Below are positions 1-10,919 of a stretch of DNA of 64,000 bases, one piece after another. A program made the translations under genes and the position numbers. Numbering within the stretch: the first letter of the stretch is position 1; each line of letters starts with the position of its first letter. Below the pieces are notes generated by a model. That model saw only the letters and a program-made list of their open reading frames with translations, had not been told where the DNA came from and did not search any database. Where the stretch lies: positions 62,001 through 126,000 of the forward strand of contig JAUCBJ010006975.1 in NCBI GenBank assembly GCA_032718475.1. The letters are read 5' to 3'. Source of the stretch: Nemertoderma westbladi. Taxonomy: Eukaryota; Animalia; Xenacoelomorpha.

Positions 1-2
1 CA

Positions 3-521
3 GCATTAGCAGTATTTACAGATGCTTCACTTGGTAATGCAGTTGGTTTCTCTTCTCAAGGTGGATATATGATCTTTTTAGCTACAGTAAACAATGGTCA
101 AGAAACAAGCAACTGTTCCACCCAATCATCATATCCATTTGGAGAGGTTCAGTTGAATGGTTTATTGACATGGAAATCTGCTAAAGTTCGACGGGTTGTT
201 AAATCTACATTAGCTGCAGAAACCTTGGCATGTGTAGACGGTGTTGAGGAGGCAATTTTCTTATCGAAAATTATTGAAAACATTATTGATGTTTCTATAC
301 CGATAATTTGTTACACCGACAACAAATCATTACATACCGCAATTCAAACCACTAATGTACTCCGTGATAAGCGTTTAATGATCGAAATGGGAATACTAAG
401 AGAACTATTCGAACTTGGTCGCGTGTCATTTAAATTGGTTGCAGGAACTAACCAATTGGCTGATTGTTTAACAAAGAAGGATGTGAGAAAGAAGTTCGAG
501 ATCAAAGAAAACTATATGTAA
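3..521 (+). CDS. pol: C-terminal RNase H domain of a Ty1/copia pol polyprotein (GalEa-like), partial at the window edge
   Basis: Frame is open from base 3: AVFTDASLGN...SQGGY, LLTWKSAKVRRVVKSTLAAETLA, CYTDNKSL, KRLMIEM, QLADCLTK. These are copia RNase H motifs; TDAS..N..SQGG and KSTLAAET are typical of GalEa-type elements. Confidence 0.9.
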   Translation, partial: ALAVFTDASLGNAVGFSSQGGYMIFLATVNNGQETSNCSTQSSYPFGEVQLNGLLTWKSAKVRRVVKSTLAAETLACVDGVEEAIFLSKIIENIIDVSIPIICYTDNKSLHTAIQTTNVLRDKRLMIEMGILRELFELGRVSFKLVAGTNQLADCLTKKDVRKKFEIKENYM

Positions 522-583
522 CAATAACTGATTTTATACAAACTATGATTTAATGCAACAATTATTACAACAAACTTTAATTT

Positions 584-776
584 AAAAAAATGAGGGGAGA
601 TTGTGAGTACTGCAGTATTATGCTTGTGTTAGTTTGTGCCTACTGTATTGTTGTGAGTTAGTTAGGTTGGTGACTGGTGAATATGTATTGCATTGTGCAC
701 GTGCTGATAGCAGTAAAGTTTAGTTATTAAAATACAGCAATAAGTTTAATGTTTAAAATGAGTTCTAATTCTAACA
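584..776 (+). mobile_element. Polypurine tract (about 584-600) and short 3' LTR (602-776, about 175 bp) of the copia element
   Basis: AAAAAAATGAGGGGAGA precedes TGTGAG at 602. The segment ends CTAACA at 776, giving TG...CA ends and a 5/6 inverted match. Unrelated GC-richer coding sequence starts at 777. Confidence 0.75.
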
Positions 777-1357
777 TAATCTCCGTATACGGATCTAATG
801 TCGTAACGGTCGGCGTAATAGGTCTCGGAGGTCGCTTTCCGCTGAAGTCGATACTGATCATCGGGTTGCTCATCGGGTAACCTCCCTCGTTGTATCTAAG
901 GAACTGGTGAGCTGGACATCGCGTTAATATCGGTTCTGGATGTTGCTCGTCTAGTCGGTCGGGAATCGCTACGTCTTGCTTATTCATGCATTCACCACAC
1001 TTGTAGAAGAGCTTGTACACGCTGAAGACTTTCGGCGTCTCCTGATCCTCGCCTCGAGTTCTCCGGTACAGATGCATTCCGTCGAACTGATCTCGGATTG
1101 CAGGTAGAGGTACTTCGTGTCGTAAATACATATTCATATGGTACAGTCGTGCGATCTCCTCATCCGGGTCTGCACTAATGTCACATACGTCCAAAGCGAA
1201 GTCGTAGGGATACCGCGTGCGATACTCTCTCCGCAAAACTTCCACCCGGTCCCCCAACGCTCTCATTCTTTCTCTCCGTAATTCTTTATCATAACTTGGC
1301 TTGTACTTTCCGTTCAGCTCCATCACGGACCGCCCATGGTAGTAAACGTTAGAGTCT
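777..1357 (-). pseudogene. Fragment of an unknown BEL/Pao-associated accessory ORF (copy A). 5' end lost by deletion, 3' end cut by the copia insertion.
   Basis: ORF 727..1326 reads ...EIARLYHMNMYLRHEVPLPAIRDQFDGMHLY...YKCGEC...RCPAHQFLRY...PMI...TLDP, homologous to 10920..12049. Its last ~16 aa (LELELILNIKLIAVF) are read-through into the copia LTR. Confidence 0.7.
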
Positions 1358-2100
1358 TTACATCCCGGACACCAATCCGTCGTCCATGTAGAAGTTTCTC
1401 AAGATGGACTCGATGACCTCTACTGGGTACTTACCAATCTGGGCTGTTGCCGTTTTCTTTAGAACAAACAGCGTGCCATTTGGACTATCGCGGGCGCCAA
1501 ATATCCTAACGTACATCTGGTATGTAACCACTGGGCCGGATAAGTCTTCATTCTCATACCAGAGAAAGCGAAGGCTATCCTGGTCTGCCTTACAGGCTCT
1601 TACCTGGTGGAACATCGCCTCGATGTCACAAGTAAATGTGAATCGCCGCTGTCTAAAACGCAACAGTATTCCAATCAAATAATTGTTCAGGTTGGGACCA
1701 TCCATCAACTCTGAATTCAGGGACATACCTCTATAGACTGCTGCGCAGTCGTTGACTACTCGGACCTTGTCTGGCTTGTCAGGGTGAGTCACATAGTGGT
1801 GTGGAAGGTAATAAGTCTGGTCTGTCACTAAGTCAGGGTCCTCTACCTTCCCAGCAAATCCCTTAGCGAAATAGTTGTTGATCTGGGCGCAATACTTCTC
1901 CCTAATGCCTGGATTCTTCAACAACCGAGCCCTTACTCCGTTCAATCTTTTCAAGGCTAAGTTATAGTTGTTCTCCAACTTAGGTGGTTGTCGACGCCAC
2001 AACATTCCAACTTCAAAATGTCCAGTTGGCAGCAGACGTATGGTGTCTTCCATCGTCTCCAGCGACCGTTTCTCGTCAGTAGACATGGCTAGGTCATATC
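1358..2100 (-). pseudogene. pol: BEL/Pao reverse transcriptase, N-terminal part, truncated just after YMDD (element A)
   Basis: YYLPHHYVTHPDKPDKVRVVNDCAA, SLNSELMDGPNL, LLRFRQ, CDIEAMFHQV, FGARDSP, NFYMDDGLVS, then a stop. Joined to the upstream ORF by a one-base frameshift near 2100. Confidence 0.93.
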
Positions 2101-5100
2101 CACCGGGTCCATTGCGTCCCTATCCAGCCATTCGACGGTTCTGGCTCCTGTCTCGAGGTCCTGGCGTATCAATTCCTTCTGTAATTCCTCCTCACTGTAT
2201 TGGAAAATGTCTAGGTCTCGATATTTAGCCACTTGACCCTCCACTATGTCTGTATAAGTCAAAACGTTAGTCAGATAAGTAGCGTGGGCCGCTGAACCAG
2301 ACCCACGGGTCTGATAACAGTAGTCCTCGGGTTCACTATCTGTCCGGTCGTTATGAAGTGGTTCCGACAACCTAACATTATCGGGAATCAACTCCTCGTC
2401 CGACTCGCTAAAGTCACTATAGTGGTCAATACAGGTTCTCCTAAACTCGTCTATGTCTGGTGGTTCTACTAACGGTGGTTGAATTATAGGCTGTAATTCA
2501 TCGTATCTGTTTATTGGCTTGTCGCCACCTGTAAACTCATAAGACATGGGTACTCGTGTATACCAACCTAATATAGTCCTATGGGCATGTGGTCCATTGA
2601 CATGCGGCTCAGCTGGTCTCGTTTCCCATATTTGGTGTGCGATCAGCTGTTCTGCACCAATCAACATAGAAACATTCCTATAACCTACCTGATGTCTGGG
2701 TATCCTGAGCTTGTCAAAATACTCTTGTGCTATGGGACTCATCGGCGGCACCTTACCTAACTGCCTGCCGAATCCCTTCATAGCTAGACACTTAAATCCG
2801 TCCAATGGCAAAGCTTTCCGTTCTTGTCGAGTGTGTTGGTCTCTCGGAAGTAGGGAATCTAGTTCTACCGAAATTCTGTGTCCCTTGAGGTCTCCTACCC
2901 CATGCATAGACTTCAACTCTATTTGGATCTCCTCGGCGTCCTGGAAGCTAGAAACGGCTCTCGCCACTTCTTCGTCGATATACGATAATGTGGACGCAGT
3001 GTCCAACATCACATATATTCGCTTCGATCCCTTATCGCCAGTAAGTTTCACCGGAATCACGCTAAATATTTCCGACGTGGCCGATGATAAATACGTCCGC
3101 GCGCTGGTCGATGAACTATCTGCGGTGAAACCTTGGCAGGTCACTTCTCTCGCGCTCGACTCGCCATCCTCATCCGACGAACCTGGTTGGTAACCATCGT
3201 CCTGGATGCCAGTGTACGTATTCCTCCTTATCGATACGGGTTCTTTGCTCCCCTTCCTGTGAGGATTTCGCTGTAAGTAACGGTCCGTTGGGGTATGGAA
3301 ATCCGCATGTAGCAACTTGTGATGTAATCTGCCGCATTCCATGCATCCGTCCTTGCTGTTCGGGCACTGCCGCCGTACATGACCTGGCGCAAGACATGCC
3401 CAACAGGTGTCCAACGTCCGCACTTGAACTCTTCTCTGTTCCGAATTTAATTCTTTGAACCGTCTGCAACTATCTAACTTATGGTCGTCAGATCTTACCT
3501 CCTTTAGTAAACAGTATTGGCAACCTACAAATCCATCCGGCAACTCCTGTTGCTTTAACCTAGGTCTATCTAACCGCTCACCTGACCATACTCGCGAGTC
3601 TGATCTAAAGGCTGGGGTACTCGAATTATATCTGTCTACTGAGTTAAATGTCACAGTGGTCCTGTCATCGTCAAAACTTACCATAGACTTACCGGTAACA
3701 GGTTTAGACTCTCTCATTTTCTCTTCTGAGAAGTTTGATTTCATCTCTGCTACTGCGTCTGTGGCTATCATGTCATGAATATGCTGAAGTGTCAACACTT
3801 TACCTTGGCTCTCCAACTTATTCTCTAATTTGCGCCATTTCTGTCGATAACGCATGTTTAGACGTCTTATTACGCTTTTCAAAACTTCGGCGTGATCACC
3901 ATGATGAGGTAGATTCACCGTCCTTAAGATGTCCAATGCGTTCGAAATAGCGTTCGCTAAGTTCAACAGCTCTAACGGAGTTGTAATCCTTCCGCCCTTA
4001 CCCAAGTCTTCTACTATCGACTGCGCCATCTTCGTTTTATTCCCGTAGATGTCGCTAAGCGTCTTCATCGCTAACTCGAATGCTCTTTCATTGCCGACGA
4101 AGTTATCAGCAATGGCTCTAGGTTCTCGATGGAGCATCTGAAGCAAATAGTTGAACTTCTCGTTGGGAGTAAAGGTGCTGTTGGTTAGCTGCTCGTCGAC
4201 ATAGGTTTTAAACGTCCTCCAGTGCTTATGGTTGCCCATAAACTTCTGGGGTTGTTGCGTCGGCAGTCCTTGCCTAGCAGCAAACTTACCTATGTCCCTA
4301 AGGGTTGCGTCGTTCCGGGTTAACAAATTGTTTAGTTCTGCAGGGTTGTTAAGTCTGTTCCTTTCCCGGTGGTTCAAACTTACCTGCTCCGCGTCCGTCC
4401 TTCTTTCCTTATAGTTTCGGGACTTCTGACGTCTCATTTCTTCCTCTTCATCACTTGACTCGGTGTCAGTCCTTAGCGCTCGCGATGGTTTGCGCGCCGA
4501 GGCCCTGACCCAAGCTTCCTCAATAAATCTTTCTGCCGAATTTTCGAAATTGGGATTATGGATATTCGGGACAGGCGTCCTTACCTGAGGTCTATGTGGT
4601 ATAGTCTCCTCCGATATGCGTACTCGTTGACTAGGTTGGACTTTATCTAACTCAGGCCTGCTGGGATTAGAATTACTTCTTACCTGGGCTGCTTCCTTTA
4701 ACCGTAGGTTGCTAAGCATGTCCGTTATAGGTTGGATGTGCGGCGATATAGCTTGCGCTAAACTAGCACTTAACTCATCCCTCGTAATAAATTCCTGGCT
4801 AGGGTTCTGTTGTATAGTCGGCTCTATCTGAGTAATCCGCTGTCTCTCATATGATCCCTCTTCCGGTTTAACCCGGAAGTTCTCCGTCGAACTGGGTCGG
4901 CGCTCCGTCCGCGTATTCCAAACCCGCGGGTTCGGTTCGCCAAGTACTCGTCCCGTCGGAGTTTCTCTAAACTCTTCATCGTCTTGTTCAGTGTATAGTG
5001 GTGCGGTGTTCCGATGACGTGGATCCTGCGCGATAGGTGAAGCACTAATACCAACTGGCGTGCGATATGTAGAGAATGGTTTAGCAATCCGTGTACTCGT

Positions 5101-6705
5101 AATAGCTGGACCGGGTATAGGAATTCTGGTCGTCGTCGACTCGCGTATGGTCGGAGTTCTCGCTTCCTGTTCGGCCTTCTGCAGTGCGAACAGTTCTCGC
5201 AACTCGGTCCCTACACTCGCCCCACATTCTTCGATCATTCGCATCCCCTTCTCGGCGATTTCATTCGCCTTCCTAGTCCGTTCTTCGCTCTCTAAACTTA
5301 ATCTCGCACTTTCCAACTGCGCCAGTTTACGTTCTTCTTCTTCCCTCGCTCGTCTCCCTGCGCCCTCTTCTTCCACACGCGCCTTTTCTTCATACAACAT
5401 CTGTCGCTCCTTCTCGATCTCGAGTTCGCGTTCTTTGCGCTCGCGTTCGAGTTGAAGTTCGTTTTCCCTTTGTTCGCGTTCCTTGCGTTCGCGTTCAAGT
5501 TGGAGTTCGCGTTCCTTCAGTTCGCGTTCCTTGCGTTCGCGTTCCGCTTGCTCGCGCTTACCTTTCTCTTCCAACTCTCGCAACTTTGCGTCTAACTTAC
5601 GTGTGCGCTCGCGTTCCCGCTCGGCTTCCTTCCGTGCTTCCGATGCACGCAAAACCTCCGCTTGCTGTTTGTCCAGTCGGCGTCTTCTCTCCTCCGCCGA
5701 GTTGTGCGAAACAAGGGATCTAGCACATATAACCTTACCTCGCGCGTGACTAACCTGGGAATCGCCGCTGTCTCTAGATGCGTCGTCGGGTGGAGTCAAC
5801 GTCCTCTGTTGGATGTTCTCCGTCGTCGGTAGCACCTGGCCTGGTACCACCACTCCATTCTGCATCAGCCAGCTAGTAACTTCCCTCTGATAACGGCGCT
5901 CTTCTTTATCTTGGATCTCTTTCCGCTCCACTAAGTCTCTCAACTCTGCGTCACTCACCTGAGTCGCCTGCGTTTGTGATGCCCATAGCAGCCAGTTCTC
6001 CGTCCTAACTCGTCGGAATCGCTCCGATAACTCACGGTGCTCCAACAAGGCTGCTAAAACCCTGTCGTAAATCCTCGTCGCCACGTCGCTCGACTGAGAC
6101 TCTACTGCCTTCTTCGCTAGGACTGCAAGCTCCTCCGTCTGCTTGAATAACGCTGAGTTATATCCTCTTCTAATCTCTACTAACTCTACCCTCCCGATGT
6201 TCGCTGAGTCGGCTAACATTTTCCTTACCTTGTCCGCCGTCCGGGTTATATGTCCGGCGTGCGCGCGAAGTTTCTTCTTTATCGCAATGTCGAACTCTCT
6301 ATCACTTACCTGACTTACACTCGGTGGACTTGAAGGATTATTTCGGGAACTACGGGTACTCCTTACAGCCGTCGGGACCATGGCACTTACCATACCCACA
6401 GGTCTGGAAACCGGGCTCCGGGCTCTCGCTTCTGCTACACTACCCTCCCTATCACTCACCTCTGTCCGGGCTGCTGTACAGTCCTTCCTTACAGTAGCGG
6501 TAGGGGATCCTAATACTATTACTTGAGGTTGTTGTTCTTCCTCACTAGTCACTGTCTCGTCCTCCTGTTCACTTACGTCAGCGTCACTCGCTGCGTCGTC
6601 ATAGTCGGCATTGTCGTCAACAGTAATATTGACGCTATCGTCAGTCGGCGGTCCAGCCGCCGTCTCATAGCTGTCCTCTAGTGCCTCTTTGTCTGAGACA
6701 CTCAT
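2089..6705 (-). CDS. gag: BEL/Pao gag-protease polyprotein (element A): coiled coil, DUF1759-like gag core, zinc knuckles, aspartic protease
   Basis: About 1540 aa open frame from ATG 6705. E/R/K coiled coil; FMGNHKHWRTF...EKFNYLLQML; CQYC..H..C, CWACLAPGHVRRQC and CMECGRLHHKLLH knuckles; VMLDTASTLSYI protease motif; later LIG and TILGWY motifs. Confidence 0.93.
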   Translation of the reverse strand: MSVSDKEALEDSYETAAGPPTDDSVNITVDDNADYDDAASDADVSEQEDETVTSEEEQQPQVIVLGSPTATVRKDCTAARTEVSDREGSVAEARARSPVSRPVGMVSAMVPTAVRSTRSSRNNPSSPPSVSQVSDREFDIAIKKKLRAHAGHITRTADKVRKMLADSANIGRVELVEIRRGYNSALFKQTEELAVLAKKAVESQSSDVATRIYDRVLAALLEHRELSERFRRVRTENWLLWASQTQATQVSDAELRDLVERKEIQDKEERRYQREVTSWLMQNGVVVPGQVLPTTENIQQRTLTPPDDASRDSGDSQVSHARGKVICARSLVSHNSAEERRRRLDKQQAEVLRASEARKEAERERERTRKLDAKLRELEEKGKREQAERERKERELKERELQLERERKEREQRENELQLERERKERELEIEKERQMLYEEKARVEEEGAGRRAREEEERKLAQLESARLSLESEERTRKANEIAEKGMRMIEECGASVGTELRELFALQKAEQEARTPTIRESTTTRIPIPGPAITSTRIAKPFSTYRTPVGISASPIAQDPRHRNTAPLYTEQDDEEFRETPTGRVLGEPNPRVWNTRTERRPSSTENFRVKPEEGSYERQRITQIEPTIQQNPSQEFITRDELSASLAQAISPHIQPITDMLSNLRLKEAAQVRSNSNPSRPELDKVQPSQRVRISEETIPHRPQVRTPVPNIHNPNFENSAERFIEEAWVRASARKPSRALRTDTESSDEEEEMRRQKSRNYKERRTDAEQVSLNHRERNRLNNPAELNNLLTRNDATLRDIGKFAARQGLPTQQPQKFMGNHKHWRTFKTYVDEQLTNSTFTPNEKFNYLLQMLHREPRAIADNFVGNERAFELAMKTLSDIYGNKTKMAQSIVEDLGKGGRITTPLELLNLANAISNALDILRTVNLPHHGDHAEVLKSVIRRLNMRYRQKWRKLENKLESQGKVLTLQHIHDMIATDAVAEMKSNFSEEKMRESKPVTGKSMVSFDDDRTTVTFNSVDRYNSSTPAFRSDSRVWSGERLDRPRLKQQELPDGFVGCQYCLLKEVRSDDHKLDSCRRFKELNSEQRRVQVRTLDTCWACLAPGHVRRQCPNSKDGCMECGRLHHKLLHADFHTPTDRYLQRNPHRKGSKEPVSIRRNTYTGIQDDGYQPGSSDEDGESSAREVTCQGFTADSSSTSARTYLSSATSEIFSVIPVKLTGDKGSKRIYVMLDTASTLSYIDEEVARAVSSFQDAEEIQIELKSMHGVGDLKGHRISVELDSLLPRDQHTRQERKALPLDGFKCLAMKGFGRQLGKVPPMSPIAQEYFDKLRIPRHQVGYRNVSMLIGAEQLIAHQIWETRPAEPHVNGPHAHRTILGWYTRVPMSYEFTGGDKPINRYDELQPIIQPPLVEPPDIDEFRRTCIDHYSDFSESDEELIPDNVRLSEPLHNDRTDSEPEDYCYQTRGSGSAAHATYLTNVLTYTDIVEGQVAKYRDLDIFQYSEEELQKELIRQDLETGARTVEWLDRDAMDPVDMT

Positions 6706-7589
6706 AGTCTTAATAATGTTTTGCCTTCCGGCAAAAATATCTCGCAAAGTTCAAGATGTAATTATAATTTAACCGAAATACGGTCAAATTATTTGTCAAA
6801 TAATCAGTTGGTCCAAATGTCAAATAAATTCGCAATGCAATATTGTGAATTTAATGGGGTATAGTTATAGCAAATACTAGCACAATATTTAAACAAAATA
6901 TTATTATATAGCTACTACATAGTATTAAATACCGGTATAGCACAAAATAACTTTGAATCTAATACAAAATATTCAAAATATACTTGCCGCCCGAATATTT
7001 CTAATTTTATATATATATAGCTCTAATCAACGTAATTTTAATTTCAAATATTATATGTATCCACTAGTGCGTGGCTACATCTTCGGGTTGCGACTCTCTC
7101 TAACTCTCTCTCTAACTTGAGCGATTCAAAAAACCATGGCCGGCTAAACCTAAATATCCTAACTAATAAATTGAGTTCAGCTTCGCAGTTAAACAACCGG
7201 TAATTTTTTACTGCTTCCACAAACACACTGGTGCCAACAGAACAACTAACCTTGTTTGCTGTGAGATTCCACGTCCGCGTCCAAAGATTCAGGCCCTTCG
7301 CTGATTGCAAACCGAACCCGCAGACCCACACGAACCCCAAACTCAGAAGTTCCGTCTTGCCATGTATCTCCAGATGGTATAAAATAACTAAGCGGTTACC
7401 TAACATACCGGTGCAAAACTCTAGAATTTTACAAAATAATTTTGACCGAAACTGAATTCTCGCAAACCTAGCTAAAATTTTCAAAAAACTTACTAATTAC
7501 AATTTGCCCTAAGGCCTAAGGAACTGCTGTATTCGCAATTAGCAAAAACGCACTACCGTACATCCACTGTACGCAGTACAGTAAGTAAA

Positions 7590-8020
7590 ACAGTACACCA
7601 ACCTAACAGCCTAATGATACTGTGTGTGGTACGGCAAAACAAATGTCCCTTCTACCGTACGCAGTAACAGCAATCAGCCTAATGTACTACTGTACTATTG
7701 TACGCAGCCAGTGAATACAGTAATCTAAACTAACAGCCTAAAAGAATATACTCAATGTTCTACCGTACGCTAGCCTATAGCCTACAGCAGACGATCACGT
7801 GCTCCAATTTATTACTTAATACTGTGATACTACTAACAGCCTAAGAATACTCTATTGACCGCTGCAAGCAACAGCCAATAACACGTATCACTGATACGAA
7901 GTATCAGTGATCTAAACTAACAGCCTAAGAATACTCTATTTACTGTACGCTACAGCCTACAGCAAACAGTGGACGTATCACTGATAAACAACCGCGACAC
8001 CTATACTAACAGCAGAACTG
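7590..8020. repeat. Degenerate tandem repeats (core CTAACAGCCTAAGAATACTC) in the presumed leader of element A, containing an 11-bp hairpin
   Basis: CTAACAGC(CTAA) recurs near 7603, 7730, 7833, 7917 and 8006. ATCACTGATAC-GAA-GTATCAGTGAT lies at 7887-7911. Confidence 0.6.
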
Positions 8021-9886
8021 TTGAACAGACAAATACCCGTTAATATCCTTCTGCCAACCTAATGAGCTCTCGCCTAACCAATAAGACACAAAGACTGCTC
8101 TACTGTTAAGTAAAGGGGATCAGGAGCGTGATATTACTAAATTGTAAAGGTTGCTAAATACAAAACCGCTACTTACCGTTGGATGGCGCTAATCTGCCGT
8201 CCGCCAATTTATTTTACTAATTTTACACAACTCCTGCAAAATCGCTTGTTCCTTTCTCTACCGATTGCTCGACAGAGAGCTAACTGTTCGAATCTATGAA
8301 CCACGCGGGAATAACCAAAACAATAAACCCGAGTCGGCTCCCTAAGCTTACTTAAGACGAGTGCGAGAGGCTTTGCACTCAGAGTATTCTTACGCCTAAT
8401 TCTATCACTATTAAAGCACGCTATTGCCTACGTCTTTTCTAATCGCGAATACTGGGGGTTCCCTAACGTATGTGTGAATGCGAGAATATTTAAATAATCA
8501 AAATGGTACAGTGTTTGTCTCTACGTGGATAGTACCGCTCTGGGTCTAAAATTGCCTGCAGCTGGCTTTAGGCCAGCAAATTACTAGCGTGTTGTGTGTA
8601 CCGAATAGTGCGATCTAGCTGATTGCCCGCTAATGCAAATAACCGCTCAGCGTGAATAGTTTACAGTACTCTAATTATTACTTTAGCTACTCTCCGCTAT
8701 GCTGCGTACTAATTCTTAATTTTTACTAATCAATTACAGTCACAAATATGTAACAGCGTACTAATTACTAAGAGTTCCAGAATACGTAATTCTAATTTAT
8801 TACGCAACAGGTTTTGCTAGTAATAGCCTAAATTGCCGTATTACTTTGACCTAATCAGTAACTAATTGTTGTAACTAAGAAATAGAAATCAATCAAAGAA
8901 AAGGGGGCGCCTACCTAAACATTCACAATTGTAGGCACACTTCAATAACACACCAATCAGCGTCAGCAATCACAGTTCGCAATTATGCAGTTAACTACTG
9001 TATAGCCCACAGTTATGCGACTCACTATTCGTACTTCACACTCCACGTTGTGATACGTGCAGGCCTCTCCCGGGTACAAATAGGACTCCTAACTAACCTG
9101 ATTCCTGCCCCCCTAATACTAAATAGAGACGAAACCTGGATCATCAGCCCCCTAATTACTGTACCAGCGAATGGTCTGCATACCACAGCGTGAACTACCC
9201 GACCGCAACGGTGACCCCCCGCCAGCGTTGCTCGCTTTTGAATCCTCCGCTCTCCCTTCGTCGCTAACCCCCCGATGTGCCCACCGCCCACTGGCACCTT
9301 AGCCCTCCATTATGCTAATAGCTACCGTAGCGGCGCATGCAAATCACAAAGTCTGACAGTCTCAGAAATCCCTTAGGATTATTGCGTAGAAAGGAATCAC
9401 ATAGAACAAGGGTGTGGACTGTGAGGTATAGAACTAGATAGAGCTCTATCGGCAAACCGCCAATTTATAGGTGATCCGGATGGGGTGATGCAATAGGGTG
9501 ACTCAATCGCTCTCCTATTGGCTCTCCAGTCCGCGCTAGCATTAGACCAAGCTGGAAGCAGTTAGTCCAATAAGGAGGCATTGTAGCCCTATCGCTGCCC
9601 AAACCTCGAATTATTACCATATATGGTAATGGATCATGTCCCTGGCTGATGAATGGCCAGGACAGCGTCCCTATGCTAGCCCTATTGATGCTAATATCAG
9701 CAAGCACAAAATCCAGGGTCCGACTAAACTTGCTACCCTGGAACTATCTACATATATCCTAATACAAAATTACGTAGGTAGGGCTACATATTATACAAAA
9801 TGGATGGATTCAAATATATGGGCGTTTTGGTTTCCCTATCTAAATATCACCTCGCTATTATATCTTATCTAAAATATTATGCTGCA

Positions 9887-9975
9887 CAACGGACTAATAT
9901 TACGTACAGTATAACGGACTAATATTGCATACAGTATAACGGACTAATATTGCATACTGCATAATGACTAATATA
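9887..9975. repeat. Short tandem repeat, about 3.5 copies of a 25-26 bp unit (AACGGACTAATATTGCATACAGTAT)
   Basis: Directly visible direct repeats. Confidence 0.8.
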
Positions 9976-10919
9976 TGTGGATACAGCGCCATATACCGTA
10001 ACAGTATCGTAGCACTTACCGATACTCTTAAAAAGACAAAATTCCTAGAATCTAGGATCCCAGTCCCCAGACACGTTCTGGAATAAAATTACGTCTATTT
10101 AACATTAAATAATAAAATTTACGGGAATAAATTTAAATTCATATATTTCAATGAATTTAATAAATTGTTATTTTTATACAATTTATAACATTCCCAAAAT
10201 TCCATTAATTAATAGATCATGGGAGCGGAGATTCACTCTATTAAGTGTATTAGTGTGCGAGAATCTCCAATATATAGTCAATAGCCGATAAAATCCATAA
10301 AATCATATATAGAGAGGATATTGACCATTAAAGAATTACTATTAAATAGCATCCCAAATCTGTATGCATGAGAATTACCCTAATTCTACCGCTAGCTTTC
10401 CATAATGTCACCATGGCAACAACCACGCTAGAATTAGAAGTGAGTTAAAAGAACAATAAAAGGCTTGCGCATTGAATAGCATACGGAATAAATAGCACAC
10501 CGCTAGTATCCAAGGATACATAATAACAACGTGACATTCTGGAAGGCACTGACTAACGGACAAATGACCCGAATGTGTGATAGAATGTGTACCATTTGTG
10601 ACAGTTACGTGGAATTTGTGCGTTTGTAGGTGAATGTTACTACTAAGGTGTGTTTACAGTAGCGAGTCGCAATTGTGAAAGTAACCCTAACTCTCCAGTA
10701 AGAACCTGAAGTACATCTAAGCCTTTGGGACGGACAGTGGAGTGACTTGTGCCAGTTATCGTTGTCGTTGTGTAGCTACATCGTTGGCGAAAGCACAGCG
10801 ACGACGGTACATCGGCGCTGAGGATCTTGCACTGTCCGGGGGCAAAAGAGGGGTAGGCAGCGACGCCCGCTAGCCTAAATATAAACTCATTATAATATTG
10901 ATAAACTCATATAGCAGAT

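Larger units (their letters stand above)
777..7000 (-). mobile_element. BEL/Pao LTR retrotransposon A, internally deleted. 5' boundary not located; a long leader may extend several kb further.
   Basis: Domain order gag-PR-RT then accessory ORF. No RNase H or integrase. No 5' LTR or PBS could be identified by eye. Confidence 0.85.

Noticed and set aside
2085-2110. Programmed frameshift or readthrough between protease and RT in element A
   Set aside because: No slippery heptamer is present, and BEL gag-pol is normally one ORF. A single lost G explains the shift.
1404-5749. Plus-strand ORFs overlapping element A (and similar ORFs opposite element C and the LINE)
   Set aside because: These are antisense shadows of the retroelement coding frames with no independent motifs.
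7044-9872. Short ORFs in the region upstream of gag A
   Set aside because: They have no domain similarity and their lengths are compatible with chance.
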